The position numbers and the translations under genes are program-made. The notes under the pieces are model-generated. The model was given only the letters and a program-made list of their open reading frames with translations. It did not search any database and had not been told where the DNA came from. A stretch of 62,828 nt of DNA, filler included, from an uncultured Thermoplasmatales archaeon (GTDB taxonomy: Archaea > Thermoplasmatota > E2 > DHVEG-1), in the NCBI GenBank assembly GCA_964517155.1. It is 9 parts of 9 records of this genome, joined end to end, with 100 filler letters (N's around TTAATTAATTAA, not from the genome) between each part and the next. Parts side by side here need not be neighbours in the genome. Positions count along the whole stretch, not along the records: positions 6,698 to 16,195 come from CAZFAZ010000012.1; positions 16,296 to 23,507 come from CAZFAZ010000014.1; 7 more parts are not named here. One strand, written 5' to 3'. Every line of letters starts with the position of its first letter. Positions within the stretch are counted from its first letter, which is position 1. Below, one piece after another: positions 10,043 to 19,070 of this stretch.

Positions 10043-10987
10043 TTATTTATTTTCAATTATATCCCTAATTGCTTTTCTTACTGCATCATCAGAAGAAAGA
10101 GCAGGCGTCCAACCAAGTTTTTTAATCTTGCTTATGTCAAATTGAAAATGAGGAATATCGCCTTTCCAACCGCGTTTACCGCCGGTATAAGAAAACTTTA
10201 CATTTTTTAACCCCATTTCTTCTACAACAAGCTCACCAATACGTGTGACCTGAGTTGCAGATTCTACTCCAAGGTTAAACACGTTTATCTGCTCATCAGC
10301 ATGAATAAAACCATGTATTATACCCTCTATGCATTCTGTAACATATAAATACGGTTTTTTCTGCATGCCATCTCCAAGTATCTCCAGTTCATGCGGATTC
10401 TTTTTAAGTTTATTAATAAAATCAACGATTACCCCGTGAGTACCACGAGTGCCTACAACATTTGCAAATCTAAACATCCAAGCCTGCATATCAAAAGTAT
10501 GAGCAAACGAGCTAATGAGTCCCTCAGAAGCAAGCTTTGCAGCACCATAAACAGATATTGGTAGAAGAGGTCCGTAATCCTCAGGAAGAGGTTTTGCAGG
10601 TGTTTCACCGTAAATCACACTACTTGAAGAAAACACGATTTTTTTAACACCAGTTTTTCTCATTGCATCTAAAAGATTATAAGTTGCCTGCATGTCTTTT
10701 TCAGCCATGGACGGGTCATCAGCACCACTTCTAACATCAGGGTTAGCTGCGATATGAAACACAATATCATGGCCTTTGATTTCTTCTTCTAATATTTTTT
10801 TATCTAAAAGATCTGCTTTTACAAACGAAAAACAATCATTGTTCTGATGATGAGAAATAAACTCTTTTTTACCAGAGCTTAAATTATCAAAAACAGTAAC
10901 ATTATAACCTTCAGAAATTAATCTATCAACGAGATGACTTCCAATAAAACCTGCTCCGCCTGTGACAAACGCTTTCATAACTTTCAT
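10043..10987 (-). CDS. NAD-dependent nucleotide-sugar epimerase (GalE-like extended SDR)
   Basis: TGGAGFIGSH, FSSSS, YGAAK, RFANVVG. Confidence 0.92.
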   Translation of the reverse strand: MKVMKAFVTGGAGFIGSHLVDRLISEGYNVTVFDNLSSGKKEFISHHQNNDCFSFVKADLLDKKILEEEIKGHDIVFHIAANPDVRSGADDPSMAEKDMQATYNLLDAMRKTGVKKIVFSSSSVIYGETPAKPLPEDYGPLLPISVYGAAKLASEGLISSFAHTFDMQAWMFRFANVVGTRGTHGVIVDFINKLKKNPHELEILGDGMQKKPYLYVTECIEGIIHGFIHADEQINVFNLGVESATQVTRIGELVVEEMGLKNVKFSYTGGKRGWKGDIPHFQFDISKIKKLGWTPALSSDDAVRKAIRDIIENK

Positions 10988-11149
10988 TCTTCCTTTTTTT
11001 GTTTATACTAGAAGTACTTAAGTATTTTTTCTTTTCAAACCAATGAAAAAATGGTTAATGAGCTTCAAAAATCAAAAGAAAGATGTCGAAAGGATAAACT
11101 ACTTTCATTGGAAAAAAATAAAAAAAGAAATGAGTCGAAAATAATATAA

Positions 11150-11164
11150 ATTAGTTAAACTAAT
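11150..11164. promoter_or_regulatory. Perfect dyad overlapping the TA promoter (putative antitoxin operator)
   Basis: ATTAGTT-A-AACTAAT between the TATA-like AATATAAA and the AGGTGA SD. Confidence 0.6.
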
Positions 11165-11185
11165 ATATACTTAGGTGAAATAAGT

Positions 11186-11422
11186 TTGACTCAAGCATTA
11201 ATAAAATTAAATGAAAATATAAATCGTGTTTTAAATATTGTAAAAGCCAGATATGATCTAAAAGACAAAAGCGAAGCAATCGAGTTTATTGTAAAAAAAT
11301 ACATTGAATACGAAAATGAACCTGAGCTAAAGCCAGAGTTTATTAAAAAAATAAACAAAATCAAAAAAGAAAAAAGTATAAGAGTAGATGATTTTGCTAA
11401 GAGGTACGGCTTAGATGTATAA
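11186..11422 (+). CDS. Antitoxin (DUF2683-like, RelB/RHH type)
   Basis: NRVLNIVKARYDLKDKSEAIE...EPELKPEF. TTG start with AGGTGA SD; overlaps the toxin gene. Confidence 0.8.
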   Translation: MTQALIKLNENINRVLNIVKARYDLKDKSEAIEFIVKKYIEYENEPELKPEFIKKINKIKKEKSIRVDDFAKRYGLDV

Positions 11423-11696
11423 TCTAGAAATAAAGCCTACTGCTGATAAAATTTTCAAAAAACTTGCTAAAAAGAACAAAAAACAATTAATAATCATACA
11501 TAAAAAAATTCAAGAAATCAGATCAGAACCAAAACATGATTATAAACATCTTCATCCACCTTTACAAAATTTTTTAAGAGTTCATATTAATTCACATTTT
11601 GTTTTAATATTCAATATAAACCATACAGACGAAATTGTTACAATTTATTATTTTGGTCATCACGATGATGCATATAAATGGAGACCAACTGTGTAA
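11415..11696 (+). CDS. RelE/ParE-family toxin
   Basis: YKHLHPPLQNFLRVHINSHFVLIF...HHDDAY, a basic 93-aa RelE-like pattern. Confidence 0.85.
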   Translation: MYNLEIKPTADKIFKKLAKKNKKQLIIIHKKIQEIRSEPKHDYKHLHPPLQNFLRVHINSHFVLIFNINHTDEIVTIYYFGHHDDAYKWRPTV

Positions 11697-11772
11697 AATA
11701 AGGTGCTGGCTGTAGGCCACAAGCCCCTTTAGAAAAACTTTTTCTTTTGATATTTTCAAATTTTTTATGTAT

Positions 11773-11794
11773 GGGCAAAACATATGTTTTACCC
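11773..11794. repeat. 22-bp near-perfect palindrome
   Basis: GGGCAAAACATATGTTTTACCC, one mismatch. Confidence 0.7.
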
Positions 11795-11877
11795 TAACAC
11801 AGATATTTATAGAATTAAACTAGCAAAATAGTTTAATACAAACTTTGGATTATCTTATATTACCGGGATGATAAAAA

Positions 11878-12057
11878 ATGAGTCGAATTCATCGTGAAGG
11901 TTTAATGTTTAAATGGATTACAAAAGACCATGAAATAACAGTTGGTTTCAAACACATCGGTCATAATAAATGCAGTATATGCGGCATACGTGTTCCTCGC
12001 GGTAACACTATATGTGATAAATGTTTTGAACAAGAAAAAAAGGTTAGTAAAAAATAA
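11878..12057 (+). CDS. Small zinc-finger protein (59 aa)
   Basis: MSRIHREGLMFKWITKDHEITVGFKHIGHNKCSICGIRVPRGNTICDKCFEQEKKVSKK with CxxC-x10-CxxC. Below the ORF-track cutoff. Confidence 0.75.
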   Translation: MSRIHREGLMFKWITKDHEITVGFKHIGHNKCSICGIRVPRGNTICDKCFEQEKKVSKK

Positions 12058-12118
12058 AAAAAATTAGAAAAAATAAGTTATTTTTACTGATTAACTTTGA
12101 TAAGTCTAAAAAACAGTT

Positions 12119-12310
12119 TTATAATTTTTTTATGTTTACTGCTTTAACGCCTTTATCTGTTTCTTCAGTTTCAAATTCTACGCTGTCACCTTCATTTAAG
12201 AAGACTCCTGCGGGTACAGATGATCTGTGTACAAATATGTCTTTTCCATCTTCGCTTTCTATAAAACCGAAGCCTTTTCTTGCATTATACCATTTTATTT
12301 TTCCATTCAT
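12119..12310 (-). CDS. cspA: Cold-shock domain protein
   Basis: GKIKWYNARKGFGFI (RNP1), DIFVH (RNP2), KGVKAVN; GGAGG SD. Confidence 0.95.
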   Translation of the reverse strand: MNGKIKWYNARKGFGFIESEDGKDIFVHRSSVPAGVFLNEGDSVEFETEETDKGVKAVNIKKL

Positions 12311-12440
12311 GTTTTTTTCCTCCTTATACTACCGGAGCATTATTTTTGAAAGGTAGATTATGACATGTTTTATATAGGTTTCTATAGCTTTCTTCTTGAT
12401 ATATTGGTTTTAAATAGGATTATTTTATAAGGAAAAAGAT

Positions 12441-13133
12441 ATGGATGTTCAGATTGTAACTGAAATTGTATGGATGATAGCCCTTGCGTTTTATGCATTT
12501 AGCGTTATTTTACTTACCAAACAAATATATGATTACTTTGTTAATAAAAAACATTTTAAGAAAAGTGTTGCCCTTTACTATAATCGTAAGTTTATTCATA
12601 TCTTTGCAGGAGGGTTTGTAGTTCTTGCAGTTCCATTTGTTTTTGCAAAACCTTATTTTCCTCTGCTGGCAGGTGTTCTTTTAACTATTATTATGTTTAT
12701 TTTTCATAAATCAGGTCGTATTTTATATTGGTTTCAAACAGATGAAAACGTAAGCGATGTAAGTTTTTGTCTGATGTGGGGGATAGCAATTTTTATTTTA
12801 TGGACAGTCTTTGATAATCCTTGGATTGCTATAATGCCGCCTGCATTTATTGCATTTGGTGATGGAGTTACAGGTCTTGTTCGCAACTTTGGTTTTAAAG
12901 AACGTAGCAAACATCCGATAGGTAACGTTTATATGGCTTGTGTTTGTATTCCAATCGGCTATTATTTTGGTGATATTTCAGGAATCCCAGGTATGGCTGT
13001 TTGGGGTGTTATCGCAGCAGTTGCAGCAACCTTTTTGGAAAGATATGAAATAGGACAAATTGATGATAATATACTGATTACTATTGGCTCTACAATCATT
13101 TTGTTTATTGGTGCAGCGCTTGGCTCCGCATAG
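12441..13133 (+). CDS. Dolichol/phytol kinase-like membrane protein (CTP-transferase family)
   Basis: RKFIH, FGDG..G, DDN motifs in a polytopic protein. Confidence 0.8.
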   Translation: MDVQIVTEIVWMIALAFYAFSVILLTKQIYDYFVNKKHFKKSVALYYNRKFIHIFAGGFVVLAVPFVFAKPYFPLLAGVLLTIIMFIFHKSGRILYWFQTDENVSDVSFCLMWGIAIFILWTVFDNPWIAIMPPAFIAFGDGVTGLVRNFGFKERSKHPIGNVYMACVCIPIGYYFGDISGIPGMAVWGVIAAVAATFLERYEIGQIDDNILITIGSTIILFIGAALGSA

Positions 13134-13178
13134 TTTCATAGAAAGGCTTTTATGCTTGCTTTTTTACTACCCTCCCTT

Positions 13179-14477
13179 ATGAATAAGATTACTGATGTTA
13201 AAAAAAAGATAGAAGAACATAATATTAACTGGATTCAAATTCATTTCACGGATCTTATTGGAAGACTACGTGTTTTGCATCTTCCTGTCTCTAGTTTTTT
13301 TAAAAGCGTTGTTGATAATGGTCTGGGTTTTGATGGGTCTAGTGTAGGTTTTGCAAAAGTTGAGAAATCTGATATGATTGTTAAACCTGATCTTGATAGT
13401 TTTCTTGTTTTACCCCATGAATCAGATGAAGCTCGTTTTATAGGTGAGATTTTTGATCTTTCAGGAAAACCTTTTAGCTCATGTCCAAGAAATATACTTA
13501 AAAAAGCAGTGATTTATGCTAAAAACCAAGGTTTTGACAAAGTTATGTTTTCGCCTGAACTTGAATTTTATTTAGTAGAAGAACATGGCAGTCAAGAACC
13601 TAAAATTGTTGAGCAGCAAGGTTATTGTGCACCGCCTTCACTTGATGACTGTAAAGCTTTTCGCAAAACTATATCTGAACATCTGCTAAGATGCGGTTAT
13701 CCAGTTAAATATCATCATCATGAGACTGGTCTGTATCAACATGAAGTAGAAATTCAGGAGCTTGAGGTAGTAGATGCTGCTGATTATTGTATTTTCTTTA
13801 AATATTTAGCGCGTGAGGTTGCAAATTTATTTGAGTTGCTTGTTACTTTTATGCCTAAACCATTTTCTAATGATGCAGGAAATGGTATGCATGCTCATGT
13901 TTGTTTTTATAAAGGCGGTAAAAACTTGTTTCAGGATGATTCTGATGAGTATCGTCTGAGTCAGACTGCTAGATATTTTATCGGTGGGATTTTAGAGCAT
14001 GCACGCGGGATGGCAGCAATTTCCAATCCTACTCTTAACTCGTATAAACGCCTTATTCCTAATTTTGAAGCACCAGTCTATATTGCTTGGGCACAGCATA
14101 ACCGCAGCAGTCTTGTACGTATTCCTGCAAGGAAAAACATTGATGTTGAGGTTCGTAACCCTGATCCTGCAGCTAATCCTTATCTTTTGTATTCTGCAAT
14201 GCTTCATGCAGGACTTGATGGTATTAAAAAGAAAATAGAGTATGAGCCGATATCTAAGAATATCTATAAGATGAGTGAGAATGTTTCAGATTTGAAAATT
14301 AAAAAACTTCCAACTAATCTTAATGAAGCACTTGAGGAACTTGAATCAGATGATGTTATAAAAAAAGCAATTGGTAAAGATACAGTTGATATGTTTATAA
14401 AGTATAAGCAAAAAGAATGGCAGCAGTATATTAGTGAAACTACTGATTTAGAATACAGGCTTTATTTCCATTGTTAA
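13179..14477 (+). CDS. glnA: Glutamine synthetase type I
   Basis: FDGSS, ELEFY, HHE, QHE, TFMPKP, GNGMH, NSYKRL, NRS..RIP, E.R.PDP..NPY. Start is 13179 or 13152. Confidence 0.9.
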   Translation: MNKITDVKKKIEEHNINWIQIHFTDLIGRLRVLHLPVSSFFKSVVDNGLGFDGSSVGFAKVEKSDMIVKPDLDSFLVLPHESDEARFIGEIFDLSGKPFSSCPRNILKKAVIYAKNQGFDKVMFSPELEFYLVEEHGSQEPKIVEQQGYCAPPSLDDCKAFRKTISEHLLRCGYPVKYHHHETGLYQHEVEIQELEVVDAADYCIFFKYLAREVANLFELLVTFMPKPFSNDAGNGMHAHVCFYKGGKNLFQDDSDEYRLSQTARYFIGGILEHARGMAAISNPTLNSYKRLIPNFEAPVYIAWAQHNRSSLVRIPARKNIDVEVRNPDPAANPYLLYSAMLHAGLDGIKKKIEYEPISKNIYKMSENVSDLKIKKLPTNLNEALEELESDDVIKKAIGKDTVDMFIKYKQKEWQQYISETTDLEYRLYFHC

Positions 14478-14490
14478 AAGAGTTTTTTTT

Positions 14491-14877
14491 ATGATTGAAA
14501 AAACTGAAGAGGAATGGAAGAAAATTCTAACACCTGAAAAATATCATATACTACGTGAAAGAGGTACTGAAAGGCCTTTTACAGGTAAATTATTGAAAAA
14601 TAAGGATGATGGGACTTATATTTGCGCAGGGTGTTCTAATCCCTTGTTTTCTTCAGATGTTAAGTTTGATCCTGGTAGCGGTTGGCCTAGTTTTTCAGAT
14701 GTTATATCAAAATCTAGTGTTAAACTAAAAACTGATTACAGCTTTGGAATGAAACGCGTTGAAGTTGTATGTAATAATTGCGGTGGGCATCTTGGTCATG
14801 TTTTTGATGATGGGCCAAAACCTACTGGTAAACGCTTTTGTATTAATTCAGCAAGTCTTGAGTTTATAAAGAGATAA
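14491..14877 (+). CDS. msrB: Peptide-methionine (R)-S-oxide reductase
   Basis: [25 protein letters not shown] and two CxxC. Confidence 0.97.
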   Translation: MIEKTEEEWKKILTPEKYHILRERGTERPFTGKLLKNKDDGTYICAGCSNPLFSSDVKFDPGSGWPSFSDVISKSSVKLKTDYSFGMKRVEVVCNNCGGHLGHVFDDGPKPTGKRFCINSASLEFIKR

Positions 14878-14923
14878 GATTAAATGAACTTGATATTTTT
14901 AAAATCCTTGTTTTTAGTCTTTG

Positions 14924-15340
14924 TTATTGCTTCACGTATATAGCTGTCACCCATTCGCCATTTAGATATTGCCTAAAAGTGAGTTTATTGTTTCCTTCAG
15001 AAAAAGCGATAAGACAATTGTAATAATGCATTTCATTATTGTAGTAAAACTCAAGGTCAAAATTTAGAGAATTATTATGTTTATAGTTACACCACCAAAA
15101 CGTTCTATTGTCCGTTTGGCCTGTACCATTTGAATTAAATGTATATGAATTGTAAAATGGGATGTTTAGGTTATATTCAGATTCTTCAGTTTCATTTACC
15201 CAAGTACCAAAAAATCTTCCATCATTATCAGCAGTATTATATTTTTTTTCAGTGTTTTGTACTAAGCGAAGACCGACTAGTATCAAAAGAATTGTGATTA
15301 TAATCGCAATTGATATTAATTGATATTTATTGATTTTCAT
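14924..15340 (-). CDS. Membrane-anchored lipocalin-like beta protein
   Basis: N-terminal TM/signal, then FFGTW...YTFNSNGTG. Confidence 0.55.
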   Translation of the reverse strand: MKINKYQLISIAIIITILLILVGLRLVQNTEKKYNTADNDGRFFGTWVNETEESEYNLNIPFYNSYTFNSNGTGQTDNRTFWWCNYKHNNSLNFDLEFYYNNEMHYYNCLIAFSEGNNKLTFRQYLNGEWVTAIYVKQ

Positions 15341-15463
15341 CCTTAGCTCTCAATTCCAAAAACAATTAATGATTTATAATTGTATTTCCCTATGAAAACT
15401 AAATAGCTACAGTATAACAAAAATGGTTTTTACATTAATTTCAGTTTAAAAAATAAAATATTT

Positions 15464-15928
15464 TTATTGTCTACATGAAAAAATCCTATTTTTCTCTAAG
15501 TATTTCTGATGATAATCCTCTGCAGGATAGAATTCTTTTGCAGGAATTATTTCTGTTACAATTTCTTTTTTGTATCTATTTGTTTGTTTTTGTTTTAAGT
15601 CTTCTGCTATCTTTTTTTGTTCTTCTGAATGATAAAATATTACTGAGCGGTATTGTGTTCCAACATCTGGTCCTTGTCTGTTTTTTTGTGTTGGGTCATG
15701 TATATCCCAAAATACATCTAAGAGCTTTTCATAAGATACAACTGATGGATCATATGTTATCTGAACGACTTCTGCATGGCCTGTTTTATCTGTGCAGACT
15801 TGTTCATAAGTAGGATTTTTTGTTTTTCCACCCATATAGCCAACTGTTGTTGAAAGTGCACCTTTTATTTTTTGAAAAGATGCTTCCACACCCCAGAAAC
15901 ATCCTGCCCCAAATGTTGCTTTATGCAT
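15464..15928 (-). CDS. msrA: Peptide-methionine (S)-S-oxide reductase
   Basis: GCFWG, GHAEVV, QYRS, AEDYHQKY. Confidence 0.97.
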   Translation of the reverse strand: MHKATFGAGCFWGVEASFQKIKGALSTTVGYMGGKTKNPTYEQVCTDKTGHAEVVQITYDPSVVSYEKLLDVFWDIHDPTQKNRQGPDVGTQYRSVIFYHSEEQKKIAEDLKQKQTNRYKKEIVTEIIPAKEFYPAEDYHQKYLEKNRIFSCRQ

Positions 15929-16097
15929 CTTTTTTCCTCTTTGCTTTTTTCTCTTTTCTCATCTTTTCTAATTGTTCTTGTGAGTAAAATTTTGCTTTGC
16001 AATTTGGGCAAATGATAGGTGATTCATCTGAACATCTTATCCATCTATGGCCACAAAAATGACAGTTTTCTTTTTTAATTTTATAAACCCCCAGCAC
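15921..16097 (-). CDS. Small zinc-ribbon protein (about 58 aa) coupled to msrA
   Basis: (V)LGVYKIKKENCHFCGHRWIRCSDESPIICPNCKAKFYSQEQLEKMRKEKKAKRKKDA*. The stop overlaps the msrA start (ATGCATAA). Start uncertain. Confidence 0.7.
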   Translation of the reverse strand: MLGVYKIKKENCHFCGHRWIRCSDESPIICPNCKAKFYSQEQLEKMRKEKKAKRKKDA

Positions 16098-16195
16098 AAA
16101 TATTATTTCAATCTTTTAATTTTTTGTATTTTATTTGATTACTCAGTTCGCCCATTTTTCATCATTTTTTAAAGCAGCATTCAGAAAAACTATTG

Positions 16196-16295
16196 NNNNN
16201 NNNNNNNNNNNNNNNNNNNNNNNNNNNNNNNNNNNNNNNTTAATTAATTAANNNNNNNNNNNNNNNNNNNNNNNNNNNNNNNNNNNNNNNNNNNN
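16196..16295. other. Artificial contig linker 2
   Basis: N44-TTAATTAATTAA-N44. Confidence 0.99.
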
Positions 16296-16415
16296 ATTAT
16301 ATTTATCAAGAAAAGGTGGAGTATATTCCTCTTTAAGAGTGAATCTATCCCACAATTCCGAATTTTCCTGTAAAAAAGGAATATATGAACCAGATTCAAT
16401 AACTGTTTTTTGCAA
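16296..16415 (-). CDS. 5' fragment of the next gene in the sugar cluster, possibly polysaccharide deacetylase family
   Basis: TTG start, MQKTVIESGSYIPFLQENSELWDRFTLKEEYTPPFLDKYN, runs into the gap. The LWDxFTxKEEY start resembles deacetylases of archaeal glycan clusters (recollection). Confidence 0.5.
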
Positions 16416-16444
16416 AACTAATCATGCACCTTCATAACATATGC

Positions 16445-17605
16445 TCATTTAATCTCCAACTTAAAAGAATCAAAAACAATATCTGCCCTATCAGGTTGAA
16501 TAAATCTAAGATTCAATTTTTCAATTTCATTCCTAGACATTAAAGAATCAAAAGCATAAACATTTAATCCTTTTTCATAAAGATTCTTAATAAGTTTGAG
16601 ATTCCTACTAAAATAAAGACTTTTTACACCTTCTCTAAAACTTATACCATTAATACAGATTTTTACTGATTCAAGCGGTTTATCCAGCAATTTTGATTTT
16701 TCAATAATTTTATCAGACCAATAATTTATCATATCATCATTGATTAAAGTCGAAGTTTTTAGAAGAAGTGTTTTTTCTTCTTTGCCTTTTTTTTCCATTT
16801 CATTTATTAAAAACCATGGATAAACAGGGATGCAATGCCCTCCAACACCAGTGGAGGGCATATGGATGTTACAAAAAGTATGATTTGCATAGTTTCTTGC
16901 TTCATAAAAATCAATATTTAGCTCATCAGCAATTTTGAAAAGCTCATTTGCAAGAGCAATATTTGTATTACGATAACATCCTTCTATTACTTTTGTAAAC
17001 TCAGCGGCTCTTGCTGAGGAAACAAGGGATAATTTACCGATAAATGTTTTATAAACATCATATGCTTTTTTTCCACTAATTTTATTGACTCCACCAATTA
17101 TTTTTGGGAAATCTCGCAATCTTGATACACTATATCCAGTCATAATTCTCTCCGGAGAATAAGCAAGATAAAAATCACCAAGCAAAAGCCCGCTTGATTC
17201 TTCTAACCAAGTTTTTACTTTTGTTTCAGTTGTCCCCGGGGGAACTGTCGTTTCTAAAACAACGCAATCATTTTTTGAAAGTATTTTTCCAATATCTGTA
17301 AATGCTTTTTTAAGATGAGAAAAATCAGGATTATGATTCTCATCTACAAGCAAAGGAACTATTACAATATAAAAATTACAATCTTTTGCATCATTGTAAT
17401 TTGATGTTGCAAACAGGTTTTTTTTAGCATTTTTCTTAATAATCTCAGATAACTCAGGCTCTTCTTTTATAGGATTAATTCCTTCATTTATCATCCTGCA
17501 TCTTTTTTCATCCAAATCAATGCCTACTACACTATGGCCCTTATCAGCTGCAACGCATGCGAGAGGAAGACCTGCCATTCCCAGGCCTACAACTCCTATC
17601 TTCAT
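16445..17605 (-). CDS. UDP-N-acetylhexosamine dehydrogenase (WbpA/WecC-like)
   Basis: GLGMAGLP, ETTVPPGTT, SPER, GVGGHCIP. Start ATG 17605 with GGAGG SD. Confidence 0.9.
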   Translation of the reverse strand: MKIGVVGLGMAGLPLACVAADKGHSVVGIDLDEKRCRMINEGINPIKEEPELSEIIKKNAKKNLFATSNYNDAKDCNFYIVIVPLLVDENHNPDFSHLKKAFTDIGKILSKNDCVVLETTVPPGTTETKVKTWLEESSGLLLGDFYLAYSPERIMTGYSVSRLRDFPKIIGGVNKISGKKAYDVYKTFIGKLSLVSSARAAEFTKVIEGCYRNTNIALANELFKIADELNIDFYEARNYANHTFCNIHMPSTGVGGHCIPVYPWFLINEMEKKGKEEKTLLLKTSTLINDDMINYWSDKIIEKSKLLDKPLESVKICINGISFREGVKSLYFSRNLKLIKNLYEKGLNVYAFDSLMSRNEIEKLNLRFIQPDRADIVFDSFKLEIK

Positions 17606-18165
17606 TTGAAAACCTCCACTTTTTTGCCGCAATGAGCACATTCAAAGAACCTAGATTTGCCATTTTCATCAACATTTTTTTCTAATTTTCTGCCACAAAA
17701 ACAAATATATCCATGTAATTTTGCAGGAGCACCAATAAACAGATTATGATCAGGTACATCTTTTGTGACAACTGATCCGGCACCAATCATTGCATATTTG
17801 CCAATTGTATTACCACAAACAATTGTCGAATTTGCTCCAATACTTGCACCTTTTTTTATTAAAGTATTTACTAAATCCTCGTCAGACCATTGAAAGGCTC
17901 TAGGATGCTTATCATTAGTAAATGTCACAGAAGGACCGACAAAAACATCATCTTCAATGGTGACTCCTTTATACACCGAGACAAAATTTTGGATTTTTAC
18001 GTTATCCCCGATTACTGCATCTGTATCAATGTATACTCCTTTACCGATATTGCAGTTTCTTCCAATTTTTGCACCTGATCTAACATGAGCAAAATGCCAA
18101 ATCTTTGTACCCTCACCAATTGATGCATCTTCCACTATTGCGCTGTCATGTGAATAATATCCCAT
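17602..18165 (-). CDS. Hexapeptide-repeat N-acetyltransferase (WbpD-like)
   Basis: IGEGTKIWHF, KIQN.VSVY, GPSVTFTND, GANSTI, C-terminal CxCG...CxxC. Confidence 0.92.
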   Translation of the reverse strand: MGYYSHDSAIVEDASIGEGTKIWHFAHVRSGAKIGRNCNIGKGVYIDTDAVIGDNVKIQNFVSVYKGVTIEDDVFVGPSVTFTNDKHPRAFQWSDEDLVNTLIKKGASIGANSTIVCGNTIGKYAMIGAGSVVTKDVPDHNLFIGAPAKLHGYICFCGRKLEKNVDENGKSRFFECAHCGKKVEVFK

Positions 18166-19070
18166 CCAATTTTTTCCTCCAATGTCTCACAAATTTTCAG
18201 ATTATTAACTGCTTGCTTGAGTGTAACAGGAAACTCCTTGTTTTTTTGCACGCAATCAATAAAGGTTTTCAGCTCAACATAAAGCGGCTCAACTTTGTTT
18301 ACAAGAACTTTTTCTATTATGTTATCCTGAACGTATCTTTCGTCTTTTATGTGATATCTCTCTGGTTTTTTGTAAATGTAAACCTCCTGCATCATGAAAT
18401 CCCCTTCAACAGTATACTCTTCTTCCTCGACATAAACAGATCTTATTTTTTTCGAAGAAATCCTGCTACCAGATACAGATACCACTGATTCATTAAAATG
18501 AAACAATGAACTGCATACATCTTTTGTACCATAACAGCTAAAATCATATGATTTATCTGCAAAAAACACATTAAAAATAATATCTAAATCATGAATCATT
18601 AAATCCTTGATAACTGTGCTATCAGTTATACGAGTAGAACCCGGATTATGACGTTTAATATCACAATATAAGATATTGTTAGTTACATTTTTAATTTCAG
18701 AAATAATAGGATTAAAACGCTCAATATGGCCAACACCCACTATAAGATTTTTTTCTTTTAAAGATAAAAGTTTTTCACCTTCAGAAATAGTTAAAGTCAC
18801 AGGTTTTTCAATTAAACAAGGAGTGCCTGATTCAAATGCTTTTTTTGCAGTTTCAAAATGAAGACTCGTTGGAACACAAATACTGACTGCATCAACATTT
18901 CGTAAAACCTCATCAAAACTATCACATATAGTTATATCATATTCCTTCAATGCATTATAATTGCTTTTTTCAACATCAAACACATAAATCTTATCTACCT
19001 GCTGAATCTTTGAATATACGCGTACATGGTTTTTACCCATGGCACCTAGCCCAACTACGCCAACATCCAT
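18135..19070 (-). CDS. Gfo/Idh/MocA oxidoreductase (WbpB-like)
   Basis: GLGAMG, EKP, VGHIERFNP, DLMIHD. Confidence 0.9.
   Translation of the reverse strand: MDVGVVGLGAMGKNHVRVYSKIQQVDKIYVFDVEKSNYNALKEYDITICDSFDEVLRNVDAVSICVPTSLHFETAKKAFESGTPCLIEKPVTLTISEGEKLLSLKEKNLIVGVGHIERFNPIISEIKNVTNNILYCDIKRHNPGSTRITDSTVIKDLMIHDLDIIFNVFFADKSYDFSCYGTKDVCSSLFHFNESVVSVSGSRISSKKIRSVYVEEEEYTVEGDFMMQEVYIYKKPERYHIKDERYVQDNIIEKVLVNKVEPLYVELKTFIDCVQKNKEFPVTLKQAVNNLKICETLEEKIGWDIIHMTAQ

Noticed and set aside
11128..11887. 12-bp direct repeat AAATGAGTCGAA flanking the TA module as a target-site duplication
   Set aside because: Short and A-rich. One copy is plausibly the BRE of the TA promoter and the other is the start of the next gene, so chance cannot be excluded.
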